DNA of 64,000 nt, taken from the NCBI GenBank assembly GCA_000165345.1, contig CM000429.1, positions 640,001 through 704,000 on the forward strand, given 5' to 3'. Positions 40,648-52,600 of this stretch are shown piece after piece. Position 1 is the first letter of the stretch; every line of letters begins with the position of its first letter. Made by a program: the position numbers and the translations under genes. The notes under the pieces are model-generated. The model saw nothing but the letters and a program-made list of their open reading frames with translations, ran no database searches and was not told the origin of the DNA.

Positions 40648-42900
40648 ATGGACCTCCATCCTCATATTAGAGCATTGGATGTAGTAGAGACATTTTGGGA
40701 AACATTCAACGAGCTTGGAAATGTCATAATTTTAAATCCAATAATTGTTAAGTCTTCTTTCCCTATAAGTGTTGATATGGTTAGAGATGCAACACAAAAA
40801 ATGATACAAAGGCATCAATCATTGAGAGTACGAATAATTTCAAAGATGACAAATAGTGAAGGAAAGAAGGCTTTAAAGAGATATTTTGTAGACCTTTGTG
40901 ACAGTGCAGAGGTAGTAATTAGAGAAGAATTTCTATCAACGCAAGAAAATCAAAATTTAGAATTTGAAAATGAACCAGTTTGGGAAAGTATGCTGGTCAA
41001 AGAGCAGAATGAATTTTTCGATAATGAAAATTCTCCATTATGGAGAATTAGAATGATGAGACTCGGAAAGTGCGGAAATACATACAGAACATGTTTTATT
41101 GGGAGCTTTCATCATGCAATAATGGACGGTCTAAGTCGTCAGTATTTCTGGACAGAATTATTAGGTTTATGCGCACTTTCTAATGAATTTCCAGATATAG
41201 CTATTCCAAAAAATAGGCCCACAGCCCTTCCAAAGAGTGTTTGCAAGTACTTTCCTTCTTCATTGAAGGTAAGGCTACTTAAACCATTTTACTCTTGGAG
41301 GGCAACAGCAGCACATGGAGTTTGTTTATATAGAAAGTTGGTGGCACCATTTGAAAATCCGTGTAGTCTTGAAATTTCACGAGACTTATATGCCGATTTT
41401 AAAAAGTCTCCTAGGACAAGCATTTTACCAATAAAAATTTCAAAGGAACTATTAAAGAAATTAATGACAAAATGTAAGGAAAGAAAGATTCAGTTAAATG
41501 GCGCAATAGAGGCAGTTTCAGCTTTAGGACTAATGGGGTTAATATACGAATTGAGAGAAAATAGAATGAATAGAAACTCTGGAGATATTTCCGAGTTGAA
41601 GGATGATGACAAATCACCGGAAAATCAACGCAATAGAGAACTATCGACTACATTAAATTTAAATTGCATGAATAATTGTGCTCCTTTCAATATTAGAGGA
41701 AGTGATTGCTTCATTCAAGGAGCTGAGGGCAATACAATAATTCCAATTAGAACAATGGTTGCAATTAACTGCAGAAGATGGGTAACAAAAGATAACCCTT
41801 CAGTACGCCCAGAAACAAGCAAAGATGTTGAAGCAGATTTAATGAACGTGTTAGAAGTAATGCAGAATAATAATAACAGTGGTACAACAACCACAACTAC
41901 TTTGACAGACAAAAATGATGAGATTGCTATTAAAAATGACTCAACTGAATGCTCAAATTTAAATTCCGGGGATGAAAATATATCTTCATTAGAAAATACT
42001 GAATTTAGTGAAGCTTATGCAAATAGATCAAGAAGCTATAAAAGCCATTCTAGGGAATTCTTTAATAATCTGAATAAAATAAATATATCATTAACAAAGC
42101 TGAATTCACAAAATGGAGAGAAGATTGGCCCATCGTGGCTTAAAAAAGCAGTTTCTAAAGTAATGAGCCCCAAAAATAAAAAATCTAAACAGATTAAAAC
42201 AGTTGGTTTAGGTTCCTATGCAGTGCTTATGGGATTGGACATGAAAGTTGAGAAGGACTGCATGTCAGATATTGATAAGATGTGGGAATTAGCAAACAAT
42301 ACAAACAAGAAAATACATTCAATAGTGGATTCAAAAGACCCATCAGCTGTAACATTTGAGTGGCATGTAATAAGTGGTAAGTTGCTTCATTAATTTAATG
42401 TATTTATTATGAATGAATATTAATTTTTATTAGGTTTTATACACGATTTAGCAAATTCTCCCACAAGGTCTGATAAAAATAGATTATTAATGCAGCTTGG
42501 TGACCCAACAATCAGACCTTCATCGTTTCTAGTTAGTAATGGAGGGTTATGGGATTCAAGCCCATTACAAGAACTAATTAAAAGGATTAATTCAATCACA
42601 ACTGAGCAGGAAGTAATGGTGGAGGTAGAGTCATCATACAGCTGTGTTGCACAGCATAACGTAAGTTTAATCAAAAGAAATTTGGTAAAAAGATAACTAG
42701 AAATTCACTTTATTTGATTTTTCTATTCGAAATATTAAAATTTATAGGCTGGTTTAAATATGTTTGCACATAATATTGTAACTGTTAATGGAGAACTATG
42801 TTGGAGTTTACAGTATCATAGTAATATTACAAGCAAAGAGGTAGCTCAAGCGTACTCAAACCATATTCAGAAGTATATAAATTTACTTGCAGAATCATAG
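40648..42900 (+). CDS. HHxxxDG acyltransferase, wax ester synthase/diacylglycerol acyltransferase (WS/DGAT, CAT/condensation-domain superfamily)-like, 3 exons approx 40648..42376, 42434..42660, 42748..42900
   Basis: SFHHAIMDG at about residue 150, the catalytic HHxxxDG position in bacterial and plant WS/DGAT. The C-terminal region has a SNGG..P motif (compare SNVPGP). Introns: G|GTAAGT...ttattag (57 nt) and AAC|GTAAGT...tttatag (87 nt). Track ORF 42490..42696 falls in exon 2 in the same frame. Confidence 0.55.
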
Positions 42901-42984
42901 AAATTAAATGAAAGTTAATGAGAATTAAACTGAGAAGAAGCCAAGAAATTAGTAAGTTGCAAGTTAAAATCAAAAAATTGGATT

Positions 42985-43001
42985 TGGCGCCGGCGCCAGC
43001 T
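42985..43001. promoter_or_regulatory. Tandem GGCGCC sites (TTTGGCGCCGGCGCCAGC) about 80 bp upstream of SAS10/UTP3
   Basis: Doubled GC-rich palindrome core in an AT-rich spacer. Confidence 0.45.
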
Positions 43002-43079
43002 CATTTGGAGGTCAAATTAAATGGCAATTTTTGACATAAGAGTACGAGAGGAATTATTTTTTTTTAAATAAAAAAAAAT

Positions 43080-45158
43080 ATGGCAGTGCAAGTAAGAAAT
43101 AAAAAGAAGGACAAGACCTTGTGGATTTCTGCGGAGGAAGAAGTAGATGATAGTACTAGCAATGATGAGTTGGAGGTAATGAATATCGATGATGACTATG
43201 ATTCTTCAGATGATAGTGAAGGAGAAGACCAATATGAAGAAGAAGGTGAAGAGGATGATAGTGATGAGGATGAAGATGAATCAAATACTAAGGACTGGGG
43301 GAACAAAAAACAGGATTTCTATGACGGAGGTTCTTCAAGTACAGATAGTGAGGGAGAGAACTGGTCTGATGTAGAAATGCAAGATGAGGAGGCACGAGGA
43401 ATTCAGGCAAGTAGAATGATGAGGTTGAGTAAGGAGGATTTTGGGATGGATGATATTATCGATCAGAGTAAATTGGAGGAGGATGATGAATCGGCAGAGA
43501 ATGAGGCAGCCTCATTTGGATTATCTATTAATGATGCAGAAACACTATTGGAAAGTTTAAGTAATTTATCGAATACGAAGCAGGAAAAAGAGTCGGATGT
43601 TTTAGCAGCATTGGGTAATGACGGATTGGATGGAATAGAGGGTTTGGATTCAGAACTAGCTCCAATATTAACAAGTATAAAGGAAAAAGTTACAGAAGTA
43701 AAAGAGAGAATGCAGGTATTATTAAATTTGGTAAAAACAAAGGAAGGTTCAGGCTTGGTGACAGAAAAAGGGATGGAGTACTTAGACTCGAAGAATACTT
43801 TGCTCTTGATGTATATTGGTTATTTATGTTATTATATGATGTTAAAGACTTCTCCTGATATTAACATTAAGGAGCATCCAATTTTGTTGAGACTGGTTAC
43901 TTTACGAACAATGATGGAAAAATTGAAGCCAATAGATGTCAAACTTCAACCGCAAATAGATAGAATTTTGGAGTTAGCAGAGAAATCATCTCAAGTGGAT
44001 AACTTCTTATCATCAGCTCCAAGGCCAGACAGATTCGTATTTGAAGATGAAGATAATGATAATAGTGACATTGAAGAAAATGAGATTTCTAAACATGATC
44101 TCGGGGATGAGTTTGATGAGTCTACAAATATCGATTCAGATGTAGAATTAACTGAAGAAGATTCGGATGGTGGAAAAGGCGTTTATAAAGCTCCAAAGAA
44201 TTTACCAGTTGAGTTCAACGATAAAAAGTTGAGTAAGACTGAGAAGATGATGAAGGAGTTAGAAAGAGAAAGACAGAGGTTATTAAGAACTGATATTATT
44301 CGCCAAATGAGATCTAGTATTCATGAAGGCCCTGAGGAAGTTGGAAGGGAAGAAGCTGAACAACTACCTCAGTTGGAGCGATTACAACGACAAATAAAAG
44401 AACGAATTAATTTTGAGGAGGATAATATGATGAGGTTACCAAAGACTAAGAAGGACAAAAGAGAAGAAAAGCTTTATAAGAGGTTAATGAGCCAAGTTGA
44501 GGGAGGTGTTAATACTTTGGACGATTTAGCTCAATTTGCAGAAAGAGCTACAGATATGGTAACTGATTCGAAAAAGAACTCACTTTCAAAGTATTTAACC
44601 AATGCTTCAAGGCTCAATAGGGAGATTACAAAAAGTAATTTGGCTCAACAAAATTCTGATAAGAGCATTACAGAAAAATTGTTAAAGAGGAAAAAAGCAC
44701 AAGCCGAATTGGCTCAAAAGAGCAAATATAAACCTGAGTATGATTCTAAAAGTGCCGATTACGATGATTCTGTGGATGAGTCTTATGCTGAAGCAGAAAA
44801 GGAGCTATTTAAGAATAATTCATATTTACAAGAAGTTCTCAAGTTGAATGAAGAGAAAAAAATGCAAAAACAAAAGAGGAAGCAAGAAATTGATAGTCGA
44901 AATATGCCAAATATTGATGATTTAGTAGATTCAGGATCCAGAAGAGCATCTACTAAAGAAATGATTAAGAATAAAGGTTTGACTAGAAAGAGAAAGAAGA
45001 TAGAAGGTAATGCAAGAGTACATAACAGACTCAAGTATAAGAAGGCATTGAAGAGACTTAAGGGAACTCAGAGAAGCATGAGAGATTATGAGAGCAGTTA
45101 CTCTGGAGAATCTACTGGATTAAAGGATAATGTTAAGAGATCAACAAATCTTAGTTAA
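43080..45158 (+). CDS. SAS10/UTP3 (U3 snoRNP, SSU processome) homolog
   Basis: Acidic N-terminus; a Sas10/Utp3/C1D domain (KNTLLLMYIGYLCYYMML...EHPILLRLVTLRTMMEKLKPIDVKLQPQIDRIL); and a Sas10 C-terminal domain (GLTRKRKKIEGNARVHNRLKYKKA). Confidence 0.75.
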   Translation: MAVQVRNKKKDKTLWISAEEEVDDSTSNDELEVMNIDDDYDSSDDSEGEDQYEEEGEEDDSDEDEDESNTKDWGNKKQDFYDGGSSSTDSEGENWSDVEMQDEEARGIQASRMMRLSKEDFGMDDIIDQSKLEEDDESAENEAASFGLSINDAETLLESLSNLSNTKQEKESDVLAALGNDGLDGIEGLDSELAPILTSIKEKVTEVKERMQVLLNLVKTKEGSGLVTEKGMEYLDSKNTLLLMYIGYLCYYMMLKTSPDINIKEHPILLRLVTLRTMMEKLKPIDVKLQPQIDRILELAEKSSQVDNFLSSAPRPDRFVFEDEDNDNSDIEENEISKHDLGDEFDESTNIDSDVELTEEDSDGGKGVYKAPKNLPVEFNDKKLSKTEKMMKELERERQRLLRTDIIRQMRSSIHEGPEEVGREEAEQLPQLERLQRQIKERINFEEDNMMRLPKTKKDKREEKLYKRLMSQVEGGVNTLDDLAQFAERATDMVTDSKKNSLSKYLTNASRLNREITKSNLAQQNSDKSITEKLLKRKKAQAELAQKSKYKPEYDSKSADYDDSVDESYAEAEKELFKNNSYLQEVLKLNEEKKMQKQKRKQEIDSRNMPNIDDLVDSGSRRASTKEMIKNKGLTRKRKKIEGNARVHNRLKYKKALKRLKGTQRSMRDYESSYSGESTGLKDNVKRSTNLS

Positions 45159-45544
45159 TTCAGAAAGAAAGGTGGGACTTTCAAGTATTAAAATGGCCGA
45201 ACTAACAGAACATTTTAAAGGTTTCATGTGAATATACACACATCTGCAACTCAAATTACTATCATTGAAATGAGTAATATTATTAAACCGCGTACTATTT
45301 TCGACTATTTCTTTAATAACAAATTTTGGAATTTCAATCATCCAAGATAAATACAAATTTCCGAAGAGTAAGATTTTCAAGCGAAGAATAGGAAAAAAAA
45401 ATCAACATAGGAAAAGAATAATAAGTAAATTCTAACCTAATTCAGTTTTTCATGAGGAAATGGAATAAATATCTTCAGAAATTGATTTTCAATCTCAGTA
45501 TCAATATTACCCTCATTTTATGATGCTTTTATTCATACTCAATC

Positions 45545-45554
45545 TTGGCGCCAA
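45545..45554. promoter_or_regulatory. TTGGCGCCAA palindrome upstream of UMP-CMP kinase
   Basis: Same motif class, about 410 bp upstream of the ATG. Confidence 0.35.
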
Positions 45555-45965
45555 CAGTATATTAAACTAAATATTTTATTTTACAATATACTATATACGT
45601 ATAAATGGAGATTAATAAAATAATTTACTATGGGGGATCTTGAAAAAATTAAATAACATTTACATGTAAATTAACTAAATAATTCTATAACTGGGTAAAA
45701 TTATTAAATTCAGGAATTTTCAATACTATTTATTTGATTGCACTATATTTTGGGAGTAACAAGGTAAATAGTTGCAAATATCCATTGTGAAGAGTTTGGT
45801 TAAAGCTAAAGTAAATCAGATTTTCATAATACAATTTATATATAAATATATAAATATATAGAATTTTTTCTATTGTTGGCTTCATTATTGTTTTTTTGAA
45901 TAAAGGCCAAGAGTCTAACATTTATTGGTTTCAGATCATATTATTAATTTTTTTTTGGAATAAGA

Positions 45966-46565
45966 ATGAGCCAAAATAAACCATTTGTACTTTTTTGTTT
46001 GGGTCCTCCTGGTAGTGGAAAGGGAACTCAATGTGCAAAGATTGTGGATGAGTTTTCATTTATCCATTTGAGCGCAGGCGATTGTTTAAGAGAAGCAATG
46101 TCTAGAAAGGATGAAACCAGCGAGTTAATTGACAGTTATATCAGAGAGGGATTAATTGTTCCTGTTGAGATTACTGTTGGTTTGTTAAAGAAGAAGATGC
46201 AAGAGTATGGTTGGAATGATAAATATTTTTTGATTGATGGTTTTCCTCGTAACCAAAATAATTTAGATGGTTGGTATAAGATTATTCCAGATACTGATGT
46301 TAATGTTATTGGTTGTTTATTTCTAAATTGCGATGATAATATTGTTGTTGAGCGTCTTTTACACAGGGGGGAGACAAGTGGACGTGTTGATGACAATAAG
46401 GAGACAATTGTAAAGAGACTCAGAGTTTATCATGAGGAAACAACCCCAATTATTGAGTATTTTAAAAATTCCAATAAGTGTTTTACTGTAGATACTACTG
46501 GTTCAATAGAATCTGTTTGGGAAGATTTGAAGAAATTATTCAGGGAAAAGATTATTTCGAGTTGA
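45966..46565 (+). CDS. UMP-CMP kinase / adenylate kinase family
   Basis: P-loop GPPGSGKGTQC, NMP-binding FLIDGFPRN, and VDDN...RL; 199 aa. Confidence 0.85.
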   Translation: MSQNKPFVLFCLGPPGSGKGTQCAKIVDEFSFIHLSAGDCLREAMSRKDETSELIDSYIREGLIVPVEITVGLLKKKMQEYGWNDKYFLIDGFPRNQNNLDGWYKIIPDTDVNVIGCLFLNCDDNIVVERLLHRGETSGRVDDNKETIVKRLRVYHEETTPIIEYFKNSNKCFTVDTTGSIESVWEDLKKLFREKIISS

Positions 46566-47134
46566 AATGGACGATTTTAACTATATCAAGAATAATATAT
46601 TTAAGTACAATTATTAATATTAAAATTTTAATGAACCATTTTTTTTTTTTGGAATATCAAAAATTTAATATTAATATATAATAGTTGTTAAAATATTCAA
46701 ATTCTTTTGAGATAGTTTAAATTTGAGATTGTTTATTAATTACAAGCATTTGAAAGTAAATAAATAAGGTATGCTGAGTTGACTATAAGCCTTAACTTCA
46801 AATTTTTGGCATACCAATTTCTTCATTATTAATACCAAATCAAAGAGAGAAAGAAGTAAAATATATGAAGGGTTATAACTTTAGAAATCTTGTAAATTAC
46901 TAATTAGGGTGTTTATTATACTCTTTATATTCTCGTTTAATTTGTTTTTTTTCTTTTTTTTTTTTTTTTTTAAATAAAAGGAGTTCATCATTTTTCTATA
47001 CATTTACATTAAATAATTTCCTAATCCTTTTTGTCTGGAAAAATATGTAAATGTATGTTTGGTGTTTCACTTCTTATTGTTTGTCTATCTTGTTTATGCC
47101 AATAGTCTATAAACAAGCTTTTCATTGTAATCTA

Positions 47135-48118
47135 CTAATTCTTTGTGATTTGATAAATAATATTAACTATTTCTTTACAAAGATAGTTATTAAGAGAGCA
47201 TATTTCTTTAAAAAATAGATTTTGGATATATTGACAGTCAAATTCATTGAATATAATATAAGTTTCAAGCTTTGCCCATAATATAAAACAAGGAATAATT
47301 GAAATGAGTGATTGCCCATTTTTAGTAGTTGGAAGAGGAGTATATTGCAGTAAATCGCAAATAGCTAGAGATGAATCAAATATTCGGATAATTTCTCCAT
47401 TTCTATATAAATGAAGAAATTCTTTTGATAAAATTGAATGATACTTTATTCTTGAGATATAAATATATAAAAGTTTACTAGGAGTATAATTAATACCAAA
47501 ACTTGTATTCACATGAGTAAGAATTTCTAATTGTCTTTTTAATATCTTATCAGGATTTAACCACTTTGCAGCATTACAAAATTGTCTAATACTTGGTACA
47601 ATCATATCAGATACTGTTTCAATAATATTTGAAGCCAATAAAAAACATGCAGCAGCAGTGGCAGCAAGTTCAGAGTTATTATATTGTACATGAGTTTCTA
47701 TTAGAAAAGTGTCAAAAATTCTGCATGAAAGATGAAATGTACATGATTGAAATTTTAGACGATTACTGTGTAAGCTTAGCCAATATATTATTTTAAATCT
47801 TTCATTACTTCCAATATTATGTTTCTGATCAAAATAAGGAATACTTTCAATGCTTTTGATATATGGAGATTTTATCGACATAACAAAATCATTAAAACTA
47901 TCCAAGTTTAGACCATTTATATCTTTTAATGACTGAAAATCAAAAATTTCTTCTGATATTATTCTCAAGTAATTCTCTTCATAGAGTGTTTTATAAAATC
48001 TTGAAATATTTGATGTGAGGTTTCTTCCAATTTTACTAACATTTTTTTTTCGGAAATTACTCAAGGAATTACTAGTTTCTTCATTTTCATCTTTTAATTT
48101 AGAGTAAATTTTTATCAT
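47135..48118 (-). CDS. Cyclin-like protein (cyclin box fold)
   Basis: FHLSCRIFDTFL...LAATAAACFLLASNIIE resembles cyclin-box helices. Confidence 0.55.
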   Translation of the reverse strand: MIKIYSKLKDENEETSNSLSNFRKKNVSKIGRNLTSNISRFYKTLYEENYLRIISEEIFDFQSLKDINGLNLDSFNDFVMSIKSPYIKSIESIPYFDQKHNIGSNERFKIIYWLSLHSNRLKFQSCTFHLSCRIFDTFLIETHVQYNNSELAATAAACFLLASNIIETVSDMIVPSIRQFCNAAKWLNPDKILKRQLEILTHVNTSFGINYTPSKLLYIYISRIKYHSILSKEFLHLYRNGEIIRIFDSSLAICDLLQYTPLPTTKNGQSLISIIPCFILWAKLETYIIFNEFDCQYIQNLFFKEICSLNNYLCKEIVNIIYQITKN

Positions 48119-49610
48119 ATTTCAAATTCGCCACTTCCCTGATTTTCATTACTTTTTTTTTTCTTGTATTCCTGGGTTATCCAATCTATTTAGATCTTAA
48201 TTCAAACATTTCTTTTTCCTTTTTCGGATATATATTAAATATTATTTCGACTAATTATTAATAAATTTTACCTGTAATAATTGTCAATATTTACACGTAG
48301 TGCATTACTTGTCATTACAAATTGTCCACACCGAAGATTTTCAAGTAAAGGTTTTTTTCCATAAATTTTATAATTCATTTTTTTTCATTGATCAAGTGTA
48401 AATAATTAATATTCCATTCCTATTTTTATTAAATTTACATCTGATTTGAATAAAGAAAATGATTAATTAATTTTTTTTTTAAATTCTTAATTACTTACGT
48501 GTATAATATTAATATAATACTTGTCTTTTTTTTTATATTGTATTTCCATTTCTATTTGAATTTGGTTTTAAAAAAATTTGGTCATATATTAACATACTCT
48601 TAATACTATAATATTTTTCTTCAAATAGAATAATTAATATTTATTCTCTCCTGAAGTTTTTTTTTCTGATTTTACTCCACGTAATTTTATCCACATTAAA
48701 ATTTTTATTGCATGTAAACACCGGTACTGGGGAAAAAATAATTAGAATATGCATGCAATTCTGTGTGTAAACAATAAAATAAAAAAAATTAGTTAGAATT
48801 ATTTAAAAAAAATAAAAGTTTAGTGAAATTTCAGCCTATGATGTATTGATAATAAGTGATATAAAGATGACTTAATTAATGATTCACTGTTTAAAGAGAA
48901 TCAGCTTATAATAATAAAAAAAAAAGAGGTGAAGGTAATACATGGAGAAAAGTTGAGAAGAGTATAGTATTGCCAATATTAAAATTCTAAATATAAGAAT
49001 AATAAACAATAGGAAAGAGAAGTTTATAAAAGAAAGAATGTAAGTAATTAAGTTAATATGATAAGTTATTTCGGAATATATTTATTTTTAATAAGCATTA
49101 TGAAGAGTTAAAAATATTAAAAAAAAAAAAATCAACAAAGTTCACATGAAGAGGATAGAAAAGTTTCTAATAAAAAGGGGATTTAAAGTGGGAGTATTAT
49201 TTAGAGAATATAATGCGAAGATAATAATAAAATGCCGAATAAATATAAAAGAAAGTTTCAAAATAATTACTATTTAAGAAGTGGCACAAACATGGAATAA
49301 GAATAGGAATATCTAAGCACACACTCAGAAGAAAAGATAATATCTATAAAAAAGTTTGTGTGTTTCAATGAATGGCTATAAACATCTTTATTATAAGAAT
49401 GATGCTTTTTAAAAAGCCGATATTTGCAAAACTAGTTTAATTAAGCAAACAAGTTTGGGCGGCAAGGCAAAAATGCGTCTCTAAAAAGCAAATTTAAATG
49501 TTGAAAACAAATAAAATTAGTAAAAAAAACAATAAGAGTACTAAATAAATTAGAGATTTGGATTTGGGAAAGAAGTACAAGTGTGAGCAGATTTCACTGC
49601 GATCTCTAAG

Positions 49611-52600
49611 ATGAAGAAGGGAATAACTTCTTTAATAGATTCAATCGTAGAGAAGAATCCATATGATTATTCACTATGGGAGAATATATTCACAGTGAAA
49701 TCAGAAAGTGAAGTTTTTGAAAGAGCTTTGGAGTTTTTTCCAACAAGTCCAATAGTTTGGAAAAGATATATTGAATATCTTCAATCTCAGAAAAATACAG
49801 ACGAAAAGGTTTTATTAGGTATTTATCAAAGATGTATTCACCAATGTTCTTGTATAATGATATGGAAGTTATTTATACCATTTGTTGATGAAAAGATTAA
49901 CAGTCTAAAGGATCGTTATCAAATTTATCAGTTGGCATTAGATACTGTTGGATCAGATCCTAGGAGTGGATTCATTTGGCAAAGAATGTATAAATTAAGA
50001 TTAATGGTTTACAATACTTTAATATCAAAAAATGAGGCAAGTTTATCAGGAAATACATTATTGTTGAATCCATTTGAGACAAGTACTATACCTATTATTA
50101 GTGAGCAAATTGAAGAATGTTTTGCATTGGGTGATAAAATTGCAACTATAGTAACTTTAAGACAATTCTTTATACAATGGTTAACTACTCCTGTTGGAAA
50201 TTTAGAAACTGCATTTATAGCATATTCCTTATTTGAGAACTCTATTTCAAGCTCAAGTACTACTGATGTTCCTAATATGAATACTGGCATTGTAATTGGT
50301 GGAGTTGTTCCAGTTTCTGAATCTGCTAGTAAATTAGTTACAAAAAATTTATTACAATCTGGAGAAAAATTAGTAAATATTTCAAAGATTGTTCACAAGA
50401 ATATGATGGTATTGGTTGATAATTTACATGAAGATATTCCAGCAAAACCATTGGATAAAAGTAATAGAAGTGAGTGGATGAGTAAGTTTATTCCTTGGAA
50501 GAGATATATTTTATTTGAGAAGAGCAATCCATTAGGATTAGATAAATCACACTATTTTAATAGGGTTTCCTATTCTTTTAGGAATTGTTTATTATACTTT
50601 TCATATCATCCAGAAGTTTGGTATGAATATTTTATTTTTGTTTGGAACTCTCATCCAGTTCAATTAACTGGTATGGAAATTGCAACTGAACTTTTGAGCT
50701 CAGCAATACAACGTTTTTTACCAAAAGATGAGATTTTAAAGTTGGTACTGGCTGAGGTTTATGAGCTTAGAAAAAAATTGGACAAGGTAATGCATTTATA
50801 TCATTCCATGATATATATTGAGAGTTCTGGAGAAGTTATTCAAATGGATGATTCTGGAGTACCAGTAACTGATGATAATAATGGCGATAATAATATAAAT
50901 ATGAGTAACACGAGTGTTGGTAATAATAACAATAGTAATAATAATAATAGCACTCAAAGTAATACTCAAAGTAATACTCAAAATAATACTCAAAATAATA
51001 ATCAAAATAATAATAATAATCATCATCATCATCTCAATTCCGGTATTGGAATAAATAATGATCAAAATAATCATCAGATTAATATACAAGAAGAGGCTAA
51101 TGATCACCATATTTCTATGGGAAAAAGTAGAAATAGTCAGCTTTTTGTAAATGTTGGTGAAGGAATAGGGGGAGAGACATTTGGAGTTAATAATGGTAAT
51201 TCTAACAATGTTATTGGCTCAAGATCATCTGTTGCGATGATTGATGATAATTCCAATAGTTTAGGAGGATCTAATACAACAGATTTTCATATTGGTGATA
51301 GGAATGATGGTATTAGTATTAGCAAGCAATACTCTCAAATGATAACTAGTGGCTTATCACATAAACAATATAATCCAGGAGTATCAGCTGTGGTAATTAT
51401 TGAGTATTTGAACTTTATACTACGAAGTACTAATGATAAAGTCATATGGAGGGAAGTATTTTTGGATTATGTTAAAAGATCTCCAAGGATTTATGATATT
51501 AAATGGATTTGTTATTCTCAGGCTTTAAATGAATGGAGGTTATATAATAATCTTGATGGAGCTTATCAAATCTTTTATTTTGGAATGTATTATAGGCACT
51601 TATTTCTGGATGTATCATTTATGTCATGTTTTGTATCTTTTCTATTAGATACTGGTAAACTTCAACAAGCAAGGAATACATTGCAATCATCTATTTATGA
51701 GATTTACAAAGAAACTGGTAAAGTTCCAAAACAACTTTGGTTACAATGGTTTCATTTAGAAAGAATGAGTGGGTCTTCTATTTATTCTTTGAATTATTTA
51801 AATAGGATTTATCAGCTTCAAAAAGATGGGAAAAATGTTGAAATTGATATGTTATTAAGTAAAAGACAACAAGAAGCTTGGCATGCCATTTTAGGAGCTC
51901 CTGAGTTTGCTGAGTTGAATAAGGAGTATATTGGAAATGATAATATTGACCCCAAGACTAAAGTATATGGTCATTCATATATTGTTAATCCATTTGATGA
52001 TGATAACTTCATAGGAGGATTATCATCAAGTAATGTAAATGATAGTAATAATAATGATAATAATAATAATATCAATAGTTCATCTAATTTATTATTACAG
52101 AATCAAAGAGGAGCAAATTCAGTATTAACAACAGGAGCAATAGGAAATTCAAGACGAAGTTTGGAAGTTAATAGTGGTAATAAGTTCATATTAACTTGTC
52201 CGAGCAAATTTAGAACAGCTTTTGAATGTTTTAGATTTGGTTCTATTTACCCAAATAGTTCTTGGACTGAGTTTTATTTATTTGATGGAGAGGAAGGACG
52301 TAATAATTATTTGGGAGGAGGTATTGGTATATCTTCTCAATCAGAGGATGAGAGAATATGTTTAGGGAATTGTAATATTTGCTCAAAGCCATCTTCAACA
52401 TCATCATCATCAGTAAGTAATGGAAATTCAAATACTTGTATATGTAATTGTCATAACAAAATAAAAGGTACAGCAAGTATCTTATCAAGATCAGTTCTAG
52501 AAGAAGGTAAATCTGATTCATCTAATGATTATAATTGTGTTTCTGAAGGTAGAATTGCTGGTACGTATCATAATGAACAAAGTACTGGTATTGCTACTAA

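Noticed and set aside
45141-45380. ORF 45141..45380 (minus) and ORF 45730..45921 (minus) in the SAS10 to UMP-CMP kinase spacer as possible small genes
   Set aside because: No ATG-initiated conserved sequence; composition matches AT-rich intergenic DNA; no splice signals connect them to neighbours.
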